Positions 57,005 to 64,000 of a stretch of 64,000 bases of DNA are shown piece by piece. The notes under the pieces are model-generated. The model saw nothing but the letters and a program-made list of their open reading frames with translations, made no database searches and was not told where the DNA came from. Numbering within the stretch: position 1 is the stretch's first letter; each line of letters opens with the position of its first letter. Position numbers and translations under genes: made by a program. This stretch comes from Bacillota bacterium (GTDB lineage Bacteria > Bacillota > Clostridia > Christensenellales > UBA1242). Location of the stretch: assembly GCA_009780375.1 (NCBI GenBank), contig WRAD01000002.1:979-64978 (forward strand), given 5' to 3'.

Positions 57005-57800
57005 ATTTTTTCTTTTTACCACCAAACATTCGAAATAGCAAGAAATTTAATGTTATAATTGAAAAAAAACGTGATGTAAATACTAGGAAAGCATGCTGTC
57101 TGCTTATGACTTTTTGTTGAGGCAGTTTTTTGCGTCTTTGCAATTTAAAGATTCGCTTTGCAACGTAGTGCGGGGTCATGCCTTTACGTTCATCGCGTTC
57201 CATTATGGCAATTGAATTATTCGCATATTCTTGGTAAACCCCGTCGCATGTATTTCGTAATCGCATAAAGTTAGTGTTTATATCGGCGGGCATTATAGTC
57301 ATAACTTTTACTCCGAATGTTCGCACTTCGTTCCTTAACCCATTTGAAAATGCATTCATTGCGGCTTTGGTGGCGCTGTAGAGTGTTTGATATGGAATTG
57401 CGAAATGTGCGGCTACAGAGGATATGTTAATAATTTTACCTTTTGTTTCACGGACAAGTGGTAAAAATATTTGGGTTACATTGAATATGCCAAGCAAATT
57501 CACGTCAATTATTTTTTTCGCATCTTCAAAAGAAGTATGTTCAATAGATCCGCCTGTACCAATGCCTGCGTTATTTACAAGAACATCAATTGTTTTTGTA
57601 TATTCAGATACCGTTTCAAAAGCGGCTCTTACCATCTGGTAGTCGGAAACATCGCATTGAATATGAATAAAATTTTCCAATTCTATATCGGGCTTTGAAC
57701 GAGACAAACAAAACACTAAAAAACCGTCTTCAACATACAACTTTGCAAGTTCAAGACCAATACCTTTTGATGCTCCTGTAATTACTGCTGTTTTGATGAT
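57003..57800 (-). CDS. Short-chain dehydrogenase/reductase with a hydrophobic C-terminal tail and probable ATC start
   Basis: The Rossmann motif KTAVITGASKGIGLELAK lies upstream of the first canonical start (TTG at 57740). An AGAAGG SD lies 6 nt before ATC at 57800. Catalytic motifs NISS...YSATK are present. It overlaps the upstream gene by 19 nt. Confidence 0.7.
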   Translation of the reverse strand: MIKTAVITGASKGIGLELAKLYVEDGFLVFCLSRSKPDIELENFIHIQCDVSDYQMVRAAFETVSEYTKTIDVLVNNAGIGTGGSIEHTSFEDAKKIIDVNLLGIFNVTQIFLPLVRETKGKIINISSVAAHFAIPYQTLYSATKAAMNAFSNGLRNEVRTFGVKVMTIMPADINTNFMRLRNTCDGVYQEYANNSIAIMERDERKGMTPHYVAKRIFKLQRRKKLPQQKVISRQHAFLVFTSRFFSIITLNFLLFRMFGGKKKK

Positions 57801-58972
57801 TTGATACCTTCTAAAACGTTATCTATGATTGTTACTGCTTTGTCTATAATTTCTTTCGTGTTAAGTGCAGTGTAACTTGTACGAATAAGTGATTCACCAG
57901 GCGGGGTTGCGGGTGGAATAACTGGGTTTGCATAAACTCCGGCTTTTAAAAGTGCATTACACACAACAAAAGTTTCTTGTAAATCGCCGATGTGGATTGG
58001 AATTATTGGTGAAGTGCTTGGAATAATTCTTATTCCACGAGCGGATAATTGTTCACGTGCATAGTTCGCAATTTCATTGACTTTTGCAACACGCTCGGGT
58101 TCTGCTTTGAGTATACGCAGAGCAGAAAGAGCAGACGCCGCATTTGCGGCAGGAATGGCCGCCGAAAAAATGAACGGCCTTGCGTTATGACGAACAAAAT
58201 CGACTATTTTTGCATCCCCTGCCATGTAACCACCAAGACTTGCAAGAGATTTGGAAAAAGTACCCATGATAATATCAACCTCTTTGGTAAGTCTAAAATG
58301 GTCGGCTGTTCCTTTGCCTGTTTTTCCAAGAGTACCAAAACCATGTGCATCGTCAACCATTACCCTTGCATTGTATTTTTTTGCAAGTTTTACAATTTCA
58401 GGAAGATTTGCAATTGCACCGGTCATGCTGAACACGCCATCTGTAACTATGAGTTTGCCAAATCCGTCGGGAACGGACTGGAGCTGCTTTTCAAGATCCG
58501 CCATATCACTGTGATTATAACGCAACATTTTACCCCAACTTAACTTACATGCATCATAAATACTTGCATGGTTTTCTTTATCACTTAAAATATAATCATG
58601 TCTTCCAACAAGTGCCGAGATAATAGATAAATTTGCCTGAAACCCTGTTGAAAAAACAAGTGCATCTTCTTTCTCAAGAAATTCTGCAAGTTCTTTTTCC
58701 AAATTGACATGCAAATCAAGTGTTCCATTTAAAAAACGAGAGCCTGAAACACCTGAACCGTATTTTTCAACCGCTTTGACCGTTTCCTCTATAACTTTTG
58801 GATGCGAAGTCAGACCCAAATAATTATTAGACCCAAGCATAATTGTTTCCTTGCCTTGCATTTGTACCGTAGAGTTTTGTTTTCCTGTTATCTGGTGAAA
58901 GTACGGATAAAGACCCACCTCTTTGATATCGGTTGCAAGTTTATATTCAAAACATTTGTTAAACAAATCCAT
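57782..58972 (-). CDS. Alpha-oxoamine synthase family PLP enzyme, most similar in motif pattern to serine palmitoyltransferase
   Basis: Start set at MDLFNK after GAAGGAG. Motifs: IMLGSNNYLGLTSHP, YGSGVSGSRFLNGT, FSTGFQAN, HASIYDAC, DDAHGFG, GTFSKSLASLGG (PLP Lys), RPFIFSAAIP and PPATPPGESLIRTS. Confidence 0.75.
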   Translation of the reverse strand: MDLFNKCFEYKLATDIKEVGLYPYFHQITGKQNSTVQMQGKETIMLGSNNYLGLTSHPKVIEETVKAVEKYGSGVSGSRFLNGTLDLHVNLEKELAEFLEKEDALVFSTGFQANLSIISALVGRHDYILSDKENHASIYDACKLSWGKMLRYNHSDMADLEKQLQSVPDGFGKLIVTDGVFSMTGAIANLPEIVKLAKKYNARVMVDDAHGFGTLGKTGKGTADHFRLTKEVDIIMGTFSKSLASLGGYMAGDAKIVDFVRHNARPFIFSAAIPAANAASALSALRILKAEPERVAKVNEIANYAREQLSARGIRIIPSTSPIIPIHIGDLQETFVVCNALLKAGVYANPVIPPATPPGESLIRTSYTALNTKEIIDKAVTIIDNVLEGIKSSKQQ

Positions 58973-59168
58973 TTTAGATATTACTCCTTCATATAGAATA
59001 AAGTACATTAATCGACAAGTCAACTTTTTTATGGATATATTTAGAAAATGGGCACATTTGCAATTGATGAATATTCAAAACATAAAGAAGCACAAGAATC
59101 AAAAACTGAACAAAAACAAGAAACCGTCGCCAAGACAAATCAATAACAAGATAACACAGAATTCTGAT

Positions 59169-59855
59169 TCATTTTTCAACCCTTGCGATTGCAAGAATAT
59201 CCACGTATTTTGCACCGTGTTTTATAAGAATGGACGCCGCCTCGTTTGTTGTTGCACCACTTGTAATAACATCATCTATGAGAAGAATTCTAAGATTTTT
59301 AACCGCGTTCTCCTCTTTGATTACATAGGCATCTTTTTGATTTTCAAGACGTTCTTTTGTTGTCATGTTCTCTTGCGGTGTTGTTTTTTTAGTCTTGAAT
59401 AAAATATCTTTTCGAAAAGGCGGGGTTTTTTCTTTGATTACATAATCGGCGATGACTTGTGCCTGATTATATCCACGTTGACGTTGGCGTGATTTTGAAA
59501 GAGGTATAGGAATTATTATATCATAATCGGTTATGTTAATGTTTCTTTGCATGAATGGGGCGAATGCTTCGGCGGTTAAACCATCGTTGCCGTATTTAAG
59601 TAATAATATAGGCTTTGATATTTCTTTATTATAAGTAAACGGTGCAATGACTTTTCTTAGTTTTACTGTATCTTGTTCAAGTTTTAAAACCACTTTGGCA
59701 TTGTTTATTGGTTGGTCTGCATGTTTTATATTTGCAAAGCACTCATGGCAAATATGTTCACAGTCTGTTTGATATCTTAATTCACACCCACATACTAAAC
59801 ATGTGAAATTAGGAAACAAATAACTTAGAACCTTATGAATTTTGTTCTTTGGCAT
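59169..59855 (-). CDS. comFC: ComF-family protein (ComFC-type phosphoribosyltransferase)
   Basis: N-terminal Cys4 (CLVCGC..CHEC) and the C-terminal PRTase motif ILLIDDVITSGATTNEA. Confidence 0.85.
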   Translation of the reverse strand: MPKNKIHKVLSYLFPNFTCLVCGCELRYQTDCEHICHECFANIKHADQPINNAKVVLKLEQDTVKLRKVIAPFTYNKEISKPILLLKYGNDGLTAEAFAPFMQRNINITDYDIIIPIPLSKSRQRQRGYNQAQVIADYVIKEKTPPFRKDILFKTKKTTPQENMTTKERLENQKDAYVIKEENAVKNLRILLIDDVITSGATTNEAASILIKHGAKYVDILAIARVEK

Positions 59856-59918
59856 AATCCAAGTCTATCATAATTAAGTACAAGATAGAAAAATCAAATC
59901 ATATTATATAATATAACT

Positions 59919-60632
59919 ATGAACAAAAAAGTTAACCGTGAAAAAATTCCAAAACATATTGCTTTTATAATGGATGGCAATGGACGATGGGCAAAAAAAC
60001 GTGGACAAATAAGAACGTTTGGTCATCGATTTGGGTACAAGCGCATGATGATGGCAATACGTCATTGTGCGGACATAGGTATAAAGGTGGTGTCAATATA
60101 CGCCTTTTCTACCGAAAATTGGAATCGTCCACAAGAAGAACTTGATGTTATATTTTCGCTTATACGTGACAACATGCACACAGACGCCGAAGAATTTATA
60201 AAGCATGATATAAAAGTGGTAACTATGGGAGACATTACTCGTTTTCCGCAAGACATGCAAGATAAACTTCGAGATGTTGTTGAACGTACAAAACATAATA
60301 CTCGGTGTACCTTTAATCTTTGTGCAAATTATGGAGGCAGGGCAGATATTATAAATGCCGTCAATAAAATCATCGCAAAAAACCCAAGTGAACCGGTTAC
60401 CGAGCAAACCTTTTCAGGTTACCTTTATAATCCAGACTTGCCACCACCTGATCTCATTGTTCGCACAAGTGGGGAACAGCGTATAAGTAACTTTATGCTT
60501 TGGCAGATGGCATACAGTGAATTTCTTTTTATAAAAACATTTTGGCCCGACATGAATGAAAAACTTATCGACAAATGTGTCATAGCCTTTCAAAAACGAA
60601 AGCGTCGTTTTGGCAAAATTGAAAAAGAATAA
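59919..60632 (+). CDS. uppS: Undecaprenyl diphosphate synthase
   Basis: PKHIAFIMDGNGRWAKKRG, FSTENWNRP and RTSGEQRISNFMLWQMAYSEF. Confidence 0.95.
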   Translation: MNKKVNREKIPKHIAFIMDGNGRWAKKRGQIRTFGHRFGYKRMMMAIRHCADIGIKVVSIYAFSTENWNRPQEELDVIFSLIRDNMHTDAEEFIKHDIKVVTMGDITRFPQDMQDKLRDVVERTKHNTRCTFNLCANYGGRADIINAVNKIIAKNPSEPVTEQTFSGYLYNPDLPPPDLIVRTSGEQRISNFMLWQMAYSEFLFIKTFWPDMNEKLIDKCVIAFQKRKRRFGKIEKE

Positions 60633-60706
60633 TGCACTTTTCAAAAATTGGTGTATAGAATTTTGATTAACTGCACACAATATGTTTATCTGAAAAGGAG
60701 AATTAT

Positions 60707-60979
60707 ATGAAACAAACAACAAGGGATAACGCATTTAAATGGACAAAGTTTATTGCATTCGTGCTTCTTATTTTGGGCGGACTTAATTTACTTCTTATGG
60801 GGCTCTTTAACTTTAATCTGATAGGTGGTATCTTTGGTGGTGGTGCGGTTGCACGAATATTTTACACACTTTTTGGACTTGGTGCACTTGTACTTCTTGG
60901 TGTGATTCTTGCAAAAGTTTTTTCAAATGCAAAAGAACAACACAAAAAAGAAACCAGAGAACTTGATGCAACAAAATAA
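60707..60979 (+). CDS. DUF378-family small membrane protein
   Basis: FIAFVLLILGGLNLLLMGLFNFNLI..ARIFYTLFGLGAL is typical of DUF378. Confidence 0.7.
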   Translation: MKQTTRDNAFKWTKFIAFVLLILGGLNLLLMGLFNFNLIGGIFGGGAVARIFYTLFGLGALVLLGVILAKVFSNAKEQHKKETRELDATK

Positions 60980-61007
60980 TTATTACTTTGCTAAATAAAA
61001 TTAGAAG

Positions 61008-61076
61008 AAAAGCACCTAACGGTGCATTAAAGCCGAGATTCTAGTACAAATGATTGAAGCGCCTAGATTGTAAATA
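61008..61076 (+). repeat. Intergenic repeat family, copy B (most complete)
   Basis: AAAGCACCTAACGGTGCATTAAAGCCGAGATTCTAGTACAAATGATTGAAGCGCCTAGATTGTAAATAAAA. Confidence 0.65.
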
Positions 61077-61104
61077 AAACGGGAAGCAAATTGCTTCCCG
61101 TTTT
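61076..61104. terminator. Bidirectional rho-independent terminator
   Basis: ACGGGAAGC / GCTTCCCGT 9-bp stem with a 5-nt loop and A/T runs on both sides, between convergent genes. Confidence 0.8.
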
Positions 61105-61127
61105 GCTGGTTACACCGATTGTCCAAG

Positions 61128-63263
61128 TCATCCAATGAATTGGATAAAGTCTCGTGAAACCCAACCGGTTCTTCCATTAAATACTGTTTGAAAAAAGTTT
61201 CCAGAAACATCGGTTATTGTAAGTACCGTTCCATTAGGGATACTTGCAAGAACCGGGCTTGTGGTATTAGGAAGTGCACGTAAATTCAAGTTGCCTCCAG
61301 TGGTTGTAACGCGTCCCTGACGTGGTGATATTGTTACAAAGTCTCGTGAAACCCAACCGGTCGCACCACCTGCGGTTCGTATATTATAAAACCCGTTTTG
61401 TTCGCCTGTTACCGTCAATGGTGTTCCATTTGGAATTGTGGTTACAACACCAAAATTTGTGCCAGGTCCACTTCGTACATTAAGATTGCCACCTGCGGTT
61501 CGAACTGTGCCAATTAGATTTCCGCCGGTTGATGGTGGAAGTGGCGTGACCGGCGGCTGTGGCGGATTAACCGGTGGTATCGGTGCCGGATTTGGGGAAC
61601 TTCCTTGAATACTTCTAAACACTTCGTAAAGTCTGTTCCATGTATTTGGTCCTACTATTCCATCTGGATTGAGATTAAAGTTTCGTTGGAATTCTCTCAC
61701 TGCCGTCGTTGTATTTGCCCCAAATCTTCCGTCTACGACAAGTTCTGGTTGTATAAACTCGTAATACTGGCCTATGTAATTAAGAAGCCACTGTAGTTGT
61801 CTTACGTCGTTCCCAGAACTTCCTTGACGAAGTACAACATTCGGTGGCGTTGCCCCTATGCCAATTCGCACACCTTCGGCATTAAGGTCGGCAAGTCTTG
61901 TAACCGCAACCCATTGCTGTGTAATTCTGTTCCATGTTGCCGGTCCGATTATGCCATCGACGTTAAGTCCGTTTATACGTTGGAACTGGCGCACTGCCGC
62001 ATCTGTTGTCGCATCAAAAACGCCGTTTGTATTAGGGATGAGAGGTATAAGAGGAAAGTTCTGGCGAATGCGATTAAGATAAATTTGTATTTCTTGGATA
62101 TAGCGACTTGGTGGACTTCCTAGACGCATTGCCGTTCCTGGGTAAGTTGTACGGATATCGCGGACAGGTGCACTTGAAATTTCGACATCTTGTCCATAAA
62201 AATTTCTTAGGATTTGAAGAGGGCTTTGGCCTTGATTTGCAAGTGTTACTGTTCCCCATTGGCTCATACATTGTGCACCGCACGCATTTGCACGATAGGT
62301 TGTAAATAGAGGATTTCTAAAACCGATTCGTCTTACGTATTGATTGAAAATCTCGCCTGCAATTTGCATAAGGTTTTCAAAAATATTACGCCCATGGACA
62401 TAGTATTGGTCGAATGCGGTGCTGTTTGTAATATCAAAATTACGTCCACGACTTCGGTACCATTCCGTATATATTCTGTTTAATGCAAAAGTTGTAATTG
62501 CGTGGATATTTGCACGCAAACTTGCATCTGGCCAAGTAGGGAATATCTCGGAACTTGCAACGTTTGCAACATATTCTACAAATGGAACACGTACATTTCG
62601 TGCATTGAGATTATCTGGACGACCAAGATGTACTGTGATGTATGTAGGTATAATCACCTCGCGAACAGGTCCGAAATTTGTACCAACACGTCCACTTTGA
62701 AAAGGTTGTAAAACGGCGGGTGGACCTACCTGAATATCATCAAAATTTTCTCCAATATTTTCTGTACTTAGGTCACCAGGCGGATTTATTCTTGTTGTTG
62801 TACTGATCGGAGAAATTATAATTTCTTGTCCATCCATAGGTTGATTTGACTGGAACGACCCATCTCCTTGATTTGTAATTGACGCAGTAGGTACACCTAT
62901 ATGACGTCGGTAGAGTCTTGTTATATTGTTACGCACATCTCCCTCTAAATTTGGATGCATAAACGCCGGCAAATAACTCTTTGTGTCTGCCACAATCTCG
63001 ACATCATGCACAACAACGGGGTGGAATCCTTTTGCGGTAATTTCTACATCATAAAGTGCATAACTTCGTTCTGCTGTATCTGGATTTAATGTAAGGTCTT
63101 TACTTGGTGCTTCAAGTGGCACATACTCGGTCATGCCATCTGCATCGGTCAATTGATCTGCAACAATACGCCCACCTTTATCACGAACGATAACTCTTGC
63201 CCCTTCAATTGGTAATGTTTCTAAAGCTGCTGTAACTTTTGTATGTAAATATCCTGTTGCCAT
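61128..63263 (-). CDS. Cell-wall-associated protein with two PG_binding_1 repeats and two SH3b domains
   Basis: A carboxypeptidase-regulatory-like N-terminus and a conserved central domain. Two repeats of ..AVRQFQRINGLNVDGIIGPATWNR.. type, a Pro-rich linker, then two SH3b domains (GGNLNVRSGPGT..GWVSRDFV). Confidence 0.75.
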   Translation of the reverse strand: MATGYLHTKVTAALETLPIEGARVIVRDKGGRIVADQLTDADGMTEYVPLEAPSKDLTLNPDTAERSYALYDVEITAKGFHPVVVHDVEIVADTKSYLPAFMHPNLEGDVRNNITRLYRRHIGVPTASITNQGDGSFQSNQPMDGQEIIISPISTTTRINPPGDLSTENIGENFDDIQVGPPAVLQPFQSGRVGTNFGPVREVIIPTYITVHLGRPDNLNARNVRVPFVEYVANVASSEIFPTWPDASLRANIHAITTFALNRIYTEWYRSRGRNFDITNSTAFDQYYVHGRNIFENLMQIAGEIFNQYVRRIGFRNPLFTTYRANACGAQCMSQWGTVTLANQGQSPLQILRNFYGQDVEISSAPVRDIRTTYPGTAMRLGSPPSRYIQEIQIYLNRIRQNFPLIPLIPNTNGVFDATTDAAVRQFQRINGLNVDGIIGPATWNRITQQWVAVTRLADLNAEGVRIGIGATPPNVVLRQGSSGNDVRQLQWLLNYIGQYYEFIQPELVVDGRFGANTTTAVREFQRNFNLNPDGIVGPNTWNRLYEVFRSIQGSSPNPAPIPPVNPPQPPVTPLPPSTGGNLIGTVRTAGGNLNVRSGPGTNFGVVTTIPNGTPLTVTGEQNGFYNIRTAGGATGWVSRDFVTISPRQGRVTTTGGNLNLRALPNTTSPVLASIPNGTVLTITDVSGNFFQTVFNGRTGWVSRDFIQFIG

Positions 63264-63385
63264 CTAATACTCTCCTTTATTTAATCGTTTGCTGCTCGTG
63301 TTGACGAATACTCTCATTTTATGAAAACATTCTCTATTGCGTTACAACAATACATGGTGAATAAAAGTATCTTTCGTAGAGCATC

Positions 63386-63404
63386 AAAAAAACCCCTTGC
63401 GGGG
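63386..63404 (-). terminator. Terminator of rnpB
   Basis: Minus strand reads CCCCGCAAGGGG followed by T7. Confidence 0.75.
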
Positions 63405-63748
63405 TTCACTCTGAGCCAGCCTGTAAGCCGAGTTCTGTATTTGATGATTATCTATCTAGGCGCTATGTTGCCATAACGCTCGAGCGGTGTATGGACGAAC
63501 GACGCTGGCCACGTTTAAATGTTCGCCTCTAACCTTGCATCGAGTGGGGTTTAACTTGCCACCCTTGTCACCAAGAGTGCGGTGAGCTCTTACCTCGCCT
63601 TTTCAACCTTACCTGCATTAAATGCCGGCGGTAATTTTCTGTGCCACTTTCCTTCATGTCACCATGACAGGCCGTTAGCCTGCACCCTGCCATATGATGC
63701 TCGGACTTTCCTCGTAGGTTTTTGACCCACGCAATCATCTGACTGACA
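63405..63748 (-). ncRNA. rnpB: RNase P RNA, bacterial type A
   Basis: The minus strand contains GAGGAAAGTCCGAGC (P4), GGCAGGGTGCAGGCTAACGGCCTG, GGTAAGGTTGAAAAGGCGAGGTAAGAGCTCACCGC, GTTAAACCCCACTCGATGCAAGG and ACAGAACTCGGCTTACAGG. It is collinear with the E. coli M1 RNA. The ends are approximate. Confidence 0.9.
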
Positions 63749-63785
63749 CTAATATTATATCATATAATTGGCAATATATCAATAC

Positions 63786-64000
63786 ATGGTGTTTCCAAAA
63801 CTTTTTATTATTATATTTTCTGCGTGGCTTGTATTTTTTTCACTTGTTCTTATGATTTATTTTATCAGGCGTCAAAGTTTGCGAATTTCTCATCCTTCGC
63901 GTATAAAAGAGCGTGTTGCATATTTGCCTACGCTTCGATCTGTAAAAGGGAATGCTCATTTTATACTTGATAAAATACAAAGCGAGGTAAAGATTTTTAA
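63786..64000 (+). CDS. Partial ORF (N-terminal TM anchor), continues beyond the window
   Basis: MVFPKLFIIIFSAWLVFFSLVLMIYFIRRQ.. is open to the window end. Function cannot be determined. Confidence 0.4.
   Translation, partial: MVFPKLFIIIFSAWLVFFSLVLMIYFIRRQSLRISHPSRIKERVAYLPTLRSVKGNAHFILDKIQSEVKIF

Overview
Chromosomal segment of a low-GC, cell-walled, Bacillota-like bacterium. The standard genetic code fits: all housekeeping ORFs are intact, and the RNase P RNA is the type-A, E. coli-like form. The core genes are dnaG-rpoD, ogt, an M29 aminopeptidase, a DegV-family gene, tig, eno, pyrG, typA, upp, gpsA, yajC, comFC, uppS and rnpB. There are four tRNAs: Ser-GGA, Cys-GCA, Leu-CAA and Ile-GAT.

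Several accessory regions interrupt this backbone:
1. 3.7-9.8 kb: a cluster of collagen-like (GXY) and C1q/BclA-type surface proteins with a GT2-TPR glycosyltransferase.
2. 17.64-27.98 kb: a 10.3-kb integrated element, and the most interesting feature in the window. It is bounded by an exact 17-bp direct repeat and imperfect 28-bp terminal inverted repeats. It encodes a DDE (rve) transposase, a CRESS-like HUH + SF3-helicase Rep, a Zot/pI-type assembly ATPase, a GC-rich multi-hairpin intergenic region and many small membrane-anchored proteins. This looks like a transposon-bounded, filamentous-phage-like prophage.
3. 28.1-35.0 kb: an orphan 1424-aa acidic lipoprotein followed by a 786-aa anchored surface protein.
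4. 43.1-47.9 kb: a visibly GC-richer, partly decayed island next to tRNA-Leu. It carries a Cys-rich micropeptide, an XRE regulator with a Cys-rich tail, and a tryptophanase/tyrosine-phenol-lyase-family gene behind an attenuator-like leader with a YYY leader peptide.
5. 54.6-57.0 kb: a 2.3-kb two-gene cassette (IMPase-like and APH-like kinase) bracketed by duplicated tRNA-Ile 3' ends.
6. 57.0-59.0 kb: a serine-palmitoyltransferase-like alpha-oxoamine synthase translationally coupled to an SDR.

A ~65-nt intergenic repeat family recurs between stop codons and terminators. All functional calls come from motif recognition by eye. No database searches were run.
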